From positions 1-18,215 of the forward strand of contig JBBIIG010000078.1 of NCBI GenBank assembly GCA_037446635.1: 18,215 nucleotides of DNA. The letters are read 5' to 3'. The notes beneath the pieces are model-generated. The model was not told the DNA's origin, searched no databases, and saw only the letters and a program-made list of their open reading frames with translations. Position 1 is the first letter of the stretch. Each line of letters opens with the position of its first letter. This document shows positions 1-7,757 of this stretch, piece by piece. Both the position numbers and the translations under genes were made by a program. The DNA is from a bacterium. GTDB lineage: Bacteria > Zhuqueibacterota > Zhuqueibacteria > Oceanimicrobiales > Oceanimicrobiaceae.

Positions 1-2
1 TG

Positions 3-170
3 GTCGATGGGCCAAAGACGGCCGGGTATCACAGTGTGCGGTGGGATGGCAAAGACGAGTTTGGCAGCGAAGTCGCTTCGGGAGTTTACGTGTATCGTAT
101 TCGAGTACTGCCTAATGGTGCAGACACCCAGCTATTTGAATCGGTCCAAAAGATGACGATGATGCGGTGA
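3..170 (+). CDS. 3' end of a secreted protein with FlgD-Ig / T9SS type A C-terminal sorting domain (partial, runs off window)
   Basis: Not in the ORF track. Manual translation of frame 3 gives VDGPKTAGYHSVRWDGKDEFGSEVASGVYVYRIRVLPNGADTQLFESVQKMTMMR*, with the typical G-Y-H-x-V-x-W-D-G...SGVYxYR...KM motif. Stop TGA at 168-170. Confidence 0.88.
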   Translation, partial: VDGPKTAGYHSVRWDGKDEFGSEVASGVYVYRIRVLPNGADTQLFESVQKMTMMR

Positions 171-182
171 GATCAGCGACCA

Positions 183-215
183 AAGTGCCACGCACTTTTA
201 AAGTGCGTGGCACTT
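183..215. repeat. REP-like nested palindrome, copy 1 (may double as a bidirectional terminator between convergent genes)
   Basis: AAGTGCCACGCACTTT-T-AAAGTGCGTGGCACTT: perfect 16-bp arms, 1-nt spacer. Second copy at 13060-13092. Confidence 0.9.
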
Positions 216-220
216 GAACC

Positions 221-3200
221 CTATCTCACAACCGCCAGCTTGCCTTTCCCTTTTTCTCCTTCCCCCACCACGTAAAAAACATAAATCCCCGACGGCACGG
301 CATTTCCTTTTTCATCTTTGAGATCCCACTGCACGCCGCCGTTGCCGTCGGTTTCCTGCAAAGTACGCAGCAGCCGGCCAGAGGCATCGAGGATGCGGAC
401 GGTGGCGGTGCGCGTGAGTCCGGCGATGGTGACAAAGTCTTGACCCGAGTTGCTGCGGTAGGGATTGGGATAGGCGAAAATCTCTTTGAGATCGGGGCGG
501 CTGAAAATTAGCGCCGCCGAGTCGCCGTGGCCGAAACGAATGGTCACGTCGCGCTGATTTTTGACGTTGCGAACGGTGATCAAGTAATCGATCCCAAACG
601 GGCCGATGGGCGAAGCGGACGAAATTTGCAGCACCACCAATTTTGGATCTTCGCTGCTAAGATTTGCGGAGACGATTTGCACATTCGGCTCGATGGTGTA
701 ATTGCTGATTTCGGAAACGGACGCCGCATTCATCGCTTCGTTGAATTTCAGCAGCAGTTGATTGGCGCCGGCGAGCGCCGCGCGGATCAAGTACGGCGCG
801 GTTGGCTGTTCGATAACCTCGAAGTCCGCGAAATTGCGTGTCGTGTCGAGCGGCGTGCCATCCGCGTCCGCAACGTTTTTTACAATCAACCGATAGTTTC
901 CCGGGGTCAAATTCTGCGGGCTGGTTAAAATGAATTCTTTGCCGGCGCGATGCGAGATGGCCGAAACCGGCGCGCCGACGTTTGCGATTTCATAATTATT
1001 CGGATTGCGCGCCGCCGCAGCCATCGCTTCGCTGAAGGTCGCCTGAATTTGGTTTGGGGGAAGAAACAGCGCCCGCTCCAGAAACGGCTGCGCGCCGGGT
1101 GTCACCGCGATGGTTGGAGTCGGCAAACTTTCAACAACGGAAAGAGAGGAATCCAGCGCCGTGACGACATAACGATACTCGCGGTCGGACGTCACCTCCC
1201 CGTCTTTAAACGGCGGCGATTCGGCGCGCGCAAAGGGAAGGCCGTCGCGATAAATCTGAAAACCATCGCGGGATTGAGTTGGCAGCCAGCTCAGGTCGAT
1301 TCGATTTGGACCCAGCGGCCGGCCGCTGAACGCCACCGGCGTCGGCGGGCCGTTGAACTCCGAAAAATATTGATAGCCAACGATTTGCTCGCCGTTGTTG
1401 AAATAAAATTCATTGCGCCCATCGCGATCGAAATCGCCCACCACGGCGCTGTTACTGCGATTGGGCGCCGCATGCCAGATGACGCGGTATTCCGCAAAAG
1501 TCGGATCGTAATCGACGATGTAAAAATCTGGGAAGACGTTGATCAAAATTTCCGAGCGGCCGTCGTTGTCGATGTCGCCGGAGGAGACGCCGGCGTCAAA
1601 TTGCGCCGGCGATTGGAATCCGGAAAACGACTGCTCCCAAACGGCGGTGAAGGAATTGTCGCCGTCGCGCTGGTAGATGCGATACAGCCAGCGCCGGCTG
1701 TCGAACTCGCTTTCGAGATCGAGACTCGGATCGGTGTGGCAGCCCGCCACAAATTCCGCGGCGCCGTCTCCGTCGTAATCGCCGGAAGTAAGATAATCGA
1801 TGGCATCGATCAGCGGCAGGCGATCCGCCCACGTGAATTCGTAACGATCGTTGCCGCGATTTTCATAAATATAAACGTCGCCGTCAAAGTCGCCGAAAAG
1901 AATTTCCAACCGGCCGTCGCCGTCGAAGTCGCTGATTTCAGAGCGCGGGGCGCCCACGAAATTGCTGCCCGCGGTGGGATTCGGAAACGAGTCCACCAGC
2001 GCGAACTGGTTGTCGCCGGTGGTTTCCCAAACTGTGAAGGTTTCATCTTTTCGCAGAATGATTTCGCCGCGGCCATCCTGATCGAGATCGGCGAAGCGGC
2101 TGGCCCACAGTTCGTTGGTGGTGTCAGCCCAAACAAGTTGGGTTGGAAATTGACCCGGTGCCGCGGGTTCGAACATATAACTTTTCGAGCCGAAGCCGCA
2201 GAGGATTTCCAGCAGCCCGTCGCCGTCGGAGTCGCCCCAGTCGCGGGGGATCAAAACCCGCGTCAGGGCGTGCACTTCTTGAAATTGAATTAGATCGAAC
2301 TCAAAAAAATTCAGCAATTGAAAATTGAAATTCTCGTACTCGTTCAAAATGATTTCTTTGAAGCCGTCGCCGTCAAAATCGGCTGGCTTATTTAAAAGAA
2401 ATCCCGCCGGTAAATTTTGCGAAAGTTGTTGGATGGGGACGCCCCCCACCGGTGGAGCGCTCAGATCGGCGCGAAAGATTTCGCTGCTGGTTTTTAATCC
2501 GGCGCCGTTCGTGACTGCGATGAAAAATTCCAGGTCGCCGAAAAATATTTGCTGGCTGATCAAAGTGCGGTGGTCACGGGTGCGGAATCGCAGCGGCAAT
2601 CTCTGGAAATCATCTAAACTGCCGGCGGCCTGCCTGCGCAGGCGGGCGCGAAAATGAACGGCGGCGTCGCAGAGATCGTCGGTCTGAAATTCGAGCAGCA
2701 GCGCCTGGCGGTCGGCGTCGAGAGTTGGGGTTTGACGAAAGTTGGAAATCACCGGCGGCGTGCGGTCGATGAAGAAGCGGACTTTGTCTTCGGCCGTCGT
2801 TCCATTTTTATTTTGCACGACGAGACGAAGGGTATAAACTGTGTCAATTAGTTGAGTGATGTTGAGATCGAAAAGCAATTCGTCGATCACCTGGCGATTG
2901 GGTTCTCGAAATAATTCCGACCAGGCAGCCGGCGTTTCGCCCACTCCGATTTGCAGAGCAAATTCTTCCAGCAGCGCGCCGGCCGCGGTTCCGTGGATGG
3001 AAATTGGGCCGCTGGCAAACGCTTGATCCACCTGCGGCTGGGTGATTCGCGCCAGCGAGTGAAACGGCGAGGCCAGCGCCGCGCCGGCATCGATTCGTCC
3101 CGAGGCAAAAAAATTGTCCCAGCCCGGACTGCCGAGATCGGTAGCGGTTGAAAGAATCAATCCCTTGACGGCTTCGTTGGAGAGCGCCGGCGTTTTCGAG

Positions 3201-4414
3201 AGAATGAGCGCGGCGAGGGCCGAGACCAGCGGCGCGGAAGCCGAGGTGCACGAGAAGGGGCGATACGTGTTGTTGAGCGCGGTGGTGAGAAGATTGACGC
3301 CCGGCGCGACGACATCCACGGAGGAGCCGTAATTGGAAAAGCTGGCCAACTGGTCGTCGTCATTCGTCGCGCCAACCGAAATGGTTTCCGAGAATCCAGA
3401 AGGGTAATGAATCTGATCGCTCCTGGAATTACCCGCCGCCGCCACCAGCACGCAATTTTGGTTGTACGCGAATTGCATCACGTCGCGCAAAAGGGGAGAG
3501 GCCACGTCGTCGCCGAAGCTCATGTTGATGATGCGCGCGCCGTTTTCCACGGCGTAAACCACGGCCGCGGCGACGTCGTCTTCCTCCAAAAACCCGAGGC
3601 TGGTGCCGGCGCGCAGATTCATGATGCGGCAGCCGAACGCCAGTCCGGCAATGCCGATGCGGTTGTCGCCGGTGGCGCCAATGATGCCGGCGACGGAGGT
3701 GCCGTGGCCGTTTTCGTCAAAAGGATCGTTGTCGGGAATTTCGAAATCGCCGCCGTCGGGGAAGGAGGGGGCGTCGGTGAAATCCCAGCCGCGCAGGTCG
3801 TCGATGAAGCCGTTGCCGTCGTCGTCGAGGCCATTGAAATCTTCCGGGTCAACGCGGCTGTCTCCGTTCAAATCTTCGCCGGGGTTGATCCAGAGGGCGT
3901 CGCGCAAATCGGGGTGGTGGTAGTCGATGCCGGTGTCGATCACGCCGACGATGATTTCCGGCGAGGCGCGCTGAATATCCCACGCCGCTTCGGCGCGAAC
4001 GATCTGCAAATAGGTTTGCTGGCTGAACAGTGAGTCGTCCGGGAGGGAATCGATGCGATGAATGTAGTTGGGTTGGGCGTATTCGATGTTGGGATCGTTT
4101 TCGTAACTGGGGAGCCGTTCAAGCAAATTGGTTTCGGGCGCGAATCGAATTTTCATCACCCCGTGCAGAGCCGAGGTTCGAACCGAAGAATGGTTCAGCA
4201 GCGGCTCGATTTTTTTGACGCTGAAGCTTTCATTCAAAACATCCAAACTGGCGACGCCGGTTTTTGATCCCTCCGCGGAAAAACTTTTTTGCAGCGCGAT
4301 GGAAGGTTTTAATTTGACGATCAATTCGCCGGGCGCAAATTCTGGGGTTTGCGTAGCGGCGGTGTTAAAAAGCAAAAAGCTCGAGCAGGAAATCAAAAGC
4401 ACGCGGATGATCAT
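221..4414 (-). CDS. Secreted S8 (subtilisin-family) serine peptidase with 7 FG-GAP/VCBS repeats, FN3/Ig-like domains and FlgD/T9SS-type C-terminal domain
   Basis: Signal peptide; propeptide (PGELIVKLK...IEYAQPNY); triad motifs VIDTG, NGHGTSVAG and CTSASAP; oxyanion AAGN; seven DxDxDGxxE repeats; two tandem Ig-like repeats (FSEAM...NNY / FNEAM...SNY); C-terminal YPNPY...WDLKDEKG...SGIY...GKLAVVR. Confidence 0.93.
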   Translation of the reverse strand: MIIRVLLISCSSFLLFNTAATQTPEFAPGELIVKLKPSIALQKSFSAEGSKTGVASLDVLNESFSVKKIEPLLNHSSVRTSALHGVMKIRFAPETNLLERLPSYENDPNIEYAQPNYIHRIDSLPDDSLFSQQTYLQIVRAEAAWDIQRASPEIIVGVIDTGIDYHHPDLRDALWINPGEDLNGDSRVDPEDFNGLDDDGNGFIDDLRGWDFTDAPSFPDGGDFEIPDNDPFDENGHGTSVAGIIGATGDNRIGIAGLAFGCRIMNLRAGTSLGFLEEDDVAAAVVYAVENGARIINMSFGDDVASPLLRDVMQFAYNQNCVLVAAAGNSRSDQIHYPSGFSETISVGATNDDDQLASFSNYGSSVDVVAPGVNLLTTALNNTYRPFSCTSASAPLVSALAALILSKTPALSNEAVKGLILSTATDLGSPGWDNFFASGRIDAGAALASPFHSLARITQPQVDQAFASGPISIHGTAAGALLEEFALQIGVGETPAAWSELFREPNRQVIDELLFDLNITQLIDTVYTLRLVVQNKNGTTAEDKVRFFIDRTPPVISNFRQTPTLDADRQALLLEFQTDDLCDAAVHFRARLRRQAAGSLDDFQRLPLRFRTRDHRTLISQQIFFGDLEFFIAVTNGAGLKTSSEIFRADLSAPPVGGVPIQQLSQNLPAGFLLNKPADFDGDGFKEIILNEYENFNFQLLNFFEFDLIQFQEVHALTRVLIPRDWGDSDGDGLLEILCGFGSKSYMFEPAAPGQFPTQLVWADTTNELWASRFADLDQDGRGEIILRKDETFTVWETTGDNQFALVDSFPNPTAGSNFVGAPRSEISDFDGDGRLEILFGDFDGDVYIYENRGNDRYEFTWADRLPLIDAIDYLTSGDYDGDGAAEFVAGCHTDPSLDLESEFDSRRWLYRIYQRDGDNSFTAVWEQSFSGFQSPAQFDAGVSSGDIDNDGRSEILINVFPDFYIVDYDPTFAEYRVIWHAAPNRSNSAVVGDFDRDGRNEFYFNNGEQIVGYQYFSEFNGPPTPVAFSGRPLGPNRIDLSWLPTQSRDGFQIYRDGLPFARAESPPFKDGEVTSDREYRYVVTALDSSLSVVESLPTPTIAVTPGAQPFLERALFLPPNQIQATFSEAMAAAARNPNNYEIANVGAPVSAISHRAGKEFILTSPQNLTPGNYRLIVKNVADADGTPLDTTRNFADFEVIEQPTAPYLIRAALAGANQLLLKFNEAMNAASVSEISNYTIEPNVQIVSANLSSEDPKLVVLQISSASPIGPFGIDYLITVRNVKNQRDVTIRFGHGDSAALIFSRPDLKEIFAYPNPYRSNSGQDFVTIAGLTRTATVRILDASGRLLRTLQETDGNGGVQWDLKDEKGNAVPSGIYVFYVVGEGEKGKGKLAVVR
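2628..2647. repeat. 20-bp palindrome inside the S8 coding sequence (encodes ARLRRQA)
   Basis: GCCTGCCTGC-GCAGGCGGGC, 9/10 complementary arms with no spacer. Confidence 0.6.
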
Positions 4415-4426
4415 TCTACGGATGGT

Positions 4427-6340
4427 TTAAAAGCGGAAGCCCAGCAGATTCCAGTAATCGAGAAATGCGATAAATACAAACCCGACGGCGGTGACGGCGG
4501 TGCAGCTCAGCCGCTGTCCCAGCGATCCCAATTTGTTTTTCCACAACAGCGCCGTTGTGACGGGCAGCGTCGCGGTGAGGGCCGTCGTCGCGATTGGAAG
4601 AATGAGCAGAGCCGCGAGTTTGGTTGGAACGCCAAAGCGCAGCTCGGAGGGATCGAAGAGAAAATGCAGTCCGATTAGAAACGCCAGATTGAGTCCGCAA
4701 ATGACGCTGGCCAGCAGCAGAAAGCGCCCCGCGTTTTTGGGCGCGCGAACATACGACCAGCTCAAAACCAGCAGCGCCAGCGCAAAAAACCAGGTGAACG
4801 CCCGGCGCAAAATTAATTGGAACGAAAGGGTTTGCCACCACGCCACTTTTTTTAAAGTGGCTGGTTTGTCTTCTGTCAAATACATTTGCACTGCCGCACC
4901 ATTCGTTCCGGGTTTGAAGGCGACGAAGCGGTTCTCGTCGAGCATTTTATAAAGCCCTCTTGCCACGGGCGCGGCCACCATTTCACGATTCGGCAAATGC
5001 AGTTTCAAGGCGCCGTTGGAGAGCGCCGCCACTTTCACTTGCGAGTCGCGATCGAATAAGCTGGCGTATTTCGCCAGCGTCCGTTCCGGGAAAGAGTGAA
5101 ACACGTAGGTGCCGGAAAAATCATCTTCAACATACCAACCGTTGCTCAATTTTGCGCCAGCTTCGTTTTGCTGGACGGGGTAGTAACGATTGAAAAATTG
5201 TTCGAGATAGTCTTCATAAAGCCTGGTTTCGTTGGTGTTGTACACGATGAAGATGCCGAGCTTTTCTTCGGGAACCAAGTAGAACAAACTCGAATAACCG
5301 CGCATGTGGCCGGTGTGCATCACCGCGCGCAGGTGGTTGCGGTACTCTTCGTAAAACCCGTAGCACCAGCCCGGCATGTCAGGGTGGAGGGTGAAGTGCT
5401 GGCGCTGCATTTCTGCGAGGGTTTCGGATTTTAGAATGGCGGGCTTGCCGTTGCGGCCGTGCAGGCAGGCGAGGAGCAGGTGCGCCATGTCGCCGGCGGT
5501 GCTCAATAGGCCGCCGGCGGGCGCAAGATTCAGATATTCCGGCTCGAAGGGTTGGTAGCTTCCGTTTTCAAATTTAAAACCCAACGCCAGATCGTTGTCT
5601 TCTTTTTGGGGATGGAAAAACGCGGTGTGCTCCATCTTCAGGGGACGAAAAATGTTTTCGTTCACATAATCGTAGAACGACTGTCCGGTGATTTCTTCCA
5701 CTAAAAATCCCGCCAGTGAGATGCCGTAGTTGGAGTAGCTGATGGATTCGCCGGGGTTGAAGATCAACTGCGGCGCGTGCGCTTCGAGATAGTCCCCCAA
5801 ATTTTGGATGTCTTCCACCCGCCGGGCGTAGCGGCCAATTTGTTGATGATCGAGTCCGGAGGTGTGGGTCAACAGGTTGGCGATGGTGAGCGGATTCGAA
5901 AAGTTATTTTTGATCTTGAAGCGTTTGAGATGGAGGTTGACGTCGTCGCTCAAGTTTAGCCGGCCTTGTTCGGCGAGCTGCAGCACGGCCATGACGGTGA
6001 CGACTTTGGAAACCGATCCCAAACGAAAGAAAGTGCGGTCGGGATCAACCGCGGCCTCCCGGCGGACGCGCGCATAGCCGTATCCCCGTTTCAAAAAAAT
6101 CTTGCCGTCTTTGACGACCGCAATGGCCGCGCCGGGGATGCGCCATCTTTCCATGTGATCGCGAAAGAATTCATCCGTGAAATCGGCGAGCTCCTGTGGA
6201 TACAGTTTCACGGGGCGAGCGGCGCCGCGGCCCACGTCGGTGAGCGCGGCCACCAAATCTTGTGCTGGGGTTACGGAAGGTCGAAAAAATGTAATGAATG
6301 AACAAATGGTGAGGAGAAAAAATTTTTTTACTATGCACAT
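4427..6340 (-). CDS. Serine hydrolase (beta-lactamase class C / PBP-like family) with C-terminal transmembrane helices
   Basis: SxxK (GSVSK), LLTHTSG, YSN and HTG motifs; about four C-terminal hydrophobic segments. Start placed at ATG 6340 because MCIVKKFFLLTICSFITFF...PAQD looks like a signal peptide; the ORF-track extension to 6487 looks non-coding. Start is uncertain. Confidence 0.88.
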   Translation of the reverse strand: MCIVKKFFLLTICSFITFFRPSVTPAQDLVAALTDVGRGAARPVKLYPQELADFTDEFFRDHMERWRIPGAAIAVVKDGKIFLKRGYGYARVRREAAVDPDRTFFRLGSVSKVVTVMAVLQLAEQGRLNLSDDVNLHLKRFKIKNNFSNPLTIANLLTHTSGLDHQQIGRYARRVEDIQNLGDYLEAHAPQLIFNPGESISYSNYGISLAGFLVEEITGQSFYDYVNENIFRPLKMEHTAFFHPQKEDNDLALGFKFENGSYQPFEPEYLNLAPAGGLLSTAGDMAHLLLACLHGRNGKPAILKSETLAEMQRQHFTLHPDMPGWCYGFYEEYRNHLRAVMHTGHMRGYSSLFYLVPEEKLGIFIVYNTNETRLYEDYLEQFFNRYYPVQQNEAGAKLSNGWYVEDDFSGTYVFHSFPERTLAKYASLFDRDSQVKVAALSNGALKLHLPNREMVAAPVARGLYKMLDENRFVAFKPGTNGAAVQMYLTEDKPATLKKVAWWQTLSFQLILRRAFTWFFALALLVLSWSYVRAPKNAGRFLLLASVICGLNLAFLIGLHFLFDPSELRFGVPTKLAALLILPIATTALTATLPVTTALLWKNKLGSLGQRLSCTAVTAVGFVFIAFLDYWNLLGFRF

Positions 6341-6547
6341 ACGTCGTCTCTGATTTTGAACGGTTGCGTACGAATTCCGTGCACATTGTGCACAGAAACA
6401 GCCACTGCCCGCTGCGATTTTTTGTTGGTGCTGCGGTTTCTGAGGATTGAACCTCTGAAATTCACCAAATCGGCAGTCGTTATGCAAATACTATGCAACA
6501 CGGTGGTCGGCGGGAAGGGAATCCGGCATAGCATTGAAAGCTGTGCA

Positions 6548-6576
6548 AAAATACCATCCTCAAATCAAACAGTCAA
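6548..6576 (-). promoter_or_regulatory. Putative sigma70 promoter for the serine hydrolase / S8 peptidase unit
   Basis: Minus strand TTGACT-N17-TATTTT with extended -10 TG (TGG TATTTT). Confidence 0.55.
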
Positions 6577-6615
6577 GATCAATTTCAAGCATCCATTTTC
6601 GATTTAAAATTTGAC

Positions 6616-6633
6616 TGAATGACGATTCATTCA
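6616..6633. promoter_or_regulatory. Putative transcription-factor operator (perfect dyad)
   Basis: TGAATGA-CGAT-TCATTCA in the AT-rich divergent intergenic region. Confidence 0.5.
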
Positions 6634-6987
6634 ACGAAATGATATTGTCTCACTTTGTTGCACTTGTATTTTTTGTTGACAGAATTGGCTGGGTTAAAGC
6701 GGGCGTTTTTTGAAAAGATATGATGTCGTAAGTCCTGATAAATTAAATTCTAAGTATTCATGTTTTAACTTCATGCCAGTTCTGGTACAGGAGTTGTTTA
6801 AGCAATCGCAAGCCAATTTGATCAAGGGCAGATTGGTTGGATGACAAGCCTCACCGGGGACCACAACTTGCGCCTTCATCTTCGCCACTGAGTCGTCGAG
6901 GCTATTGCCGTACAAAGTTTGAGAGATTTGCAGTAATTCCGCCATCTAAAAAGATGGAAGTTGGACAGACTATTTTTGCGAGGGAAT

Positions 6988-7641
6988 ATGAAATCTCTGA
7001 CAATATCAAGTCTAATCGTCTTGTCGATGGGCATTTTTTCTGGATGCGCTCTTCACGATCAAAAGAAGCTTGAGCGGCTGGAAGTTGCCGCACAGCATTT
7101 GAACGGGCTGCAGCAGGTTGCTCAATCTCGCCAACAGGCGTATCAAAAGGTGATGCAAATCATCAATCGTTTCAATGCCGCGATGGCGCCGGCGATGAAG
7201 GAAATGATTGCAAATGAAATTTACGAGATGAGCATGAAGTATCCCAATTTGGATGTGGATTTGATCTGCGCCACCATCACCCACGAGAGCGGCCGCACCT
7301 GGGATCCGCAAGTGGTGTCGAAAGCCGGCGCCATGGGCTTGATGCAGATCATGCCAAACACCGGGCTATGGTTGTCGAAATACGAGGGCATCACCTGGAC
7401 CACCGACGAGGAGATTTTGTTCAACCCAATTTACAACATCCGCCTGGGTGCGCGCTACCTTTCGGCGTTGATCGAAACTTATGATGTTGAAGGCGGTTTA
7501 GCGGCGTACAACGGCGGCCCGAAGCGCGCCCAAATGTGGTTGGCGAGCAACAAAGCGCACGGCATTTTGTGGAACGAAACCCAGAACTACATTCCGCACG
7601 TGTTGAAACTGTACGACGAATACAAAGACTCGACGTTGTAA
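6988..7641 (+). CDS. Lytic transglycosylase (SLT domain), predicted lipoprotein
   Basis: Catalytic HESG, AGAMGLMQIMP, NIRLGARYL, LAAYNGG and ETQNYI motifs. ATG 6988 follows a GAGGG SD. Signal peptide ends in lipobox FSGC. Confidence 0.93.
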   Translation: MKSLTISSLIVLSMGIFSGCALHDQKKLERLEVAAQHLNGLQQVAQSRQQAYQKVMQIINRFNAAMAPAMKEMIANEIYEMSMKYPNLDVDLICATITHESGRTWDPQVVSKAGAMGLMQIMPNTGLWLSKYEGITWTTDEEILFNPIYNIRLGARYLSALIETYDVEGGLAAYNGGPKRAQMWLASNKAHGILWNETQNYIPHVLKLYDEYKDSTL

Positions 7642-7670
7642 AATTTTTCGTTACTGACTCCTCCCTCCAG

Positions 7671-7713
7671 CAACCGCCAGCGCCACATAGTGGCCTGGCG
7701 GTTGTGCTTTTAT
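7671..7713 (+). terminator. Probable intrinsic terminator after the lytic transglycosylase
   Basis: CAACCGCCAG(C)GCCAC-ATA-GTGGC-CTGGCGGTTG hairpin (15 bp, one bulge) followed by TGCTTTTAT. Confidence 0.65.
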
Positions 7714-7720
7714 AAAACTC

Positions 7721-7751
7721 AAACACCTGGGTCTTTAAGACCCCGGTGTTT
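7721..7751. repeat. REP-like palindrome (second family), 6 bp past the DUF58 stop
   Basis: AAACACCTGGGTCTT-T-AAGACCCCGGTGTTT: 15-bp arms, one mismatch, 1-nt spacer. Confidence 0.75.
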
Positions 7752-7757
7752 CCAATT

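Noticed and set aside
950..2293. 447-aa plus-strand ORF, and other long antisense ORFs (e.g. 3407-4033, 11762-12421, 13252-13914, 15244-16065)
   Set aside because: They are antisense shadows of well-supported genes, with no recognisable motifs; expected from codon bias at this GC content.
5461..5470. GCAGGCAGGC resembling half of the in-frame palindrome
   Set aside because: It is a single arm within ordinary coding context (LLACLHG); likely chance.
6341..6487. N-terminal extension of the serine hydrolase in the ORF track
   Set aside because: It would bury the signal peptide behind 49 atypical residues and overlaps dyad and direct-repeat motifs.
6481..6540. Sigma54 promoter
   Set aside because: Neither candidate (TTGCATAGTATTTGCA on minus, CGGCATAGCATTGAA on plus) has both the invariant GG and GC at the required spacing.
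6676..6700. TTGACA as the -35 box for the lytic transglycosylase
   Set aside because: There is no acceptable -10 hexamer at 16-18 bp spacing.
6800..6910. Assignment to a known c-di-AMP (ydaO) or c-di-GMP-I riboswitch
   Set aside because: Only fragments match (GGGGACC, AAGCCTC); the key conserved motifs are missing. Kept only as an unclassified candidate.
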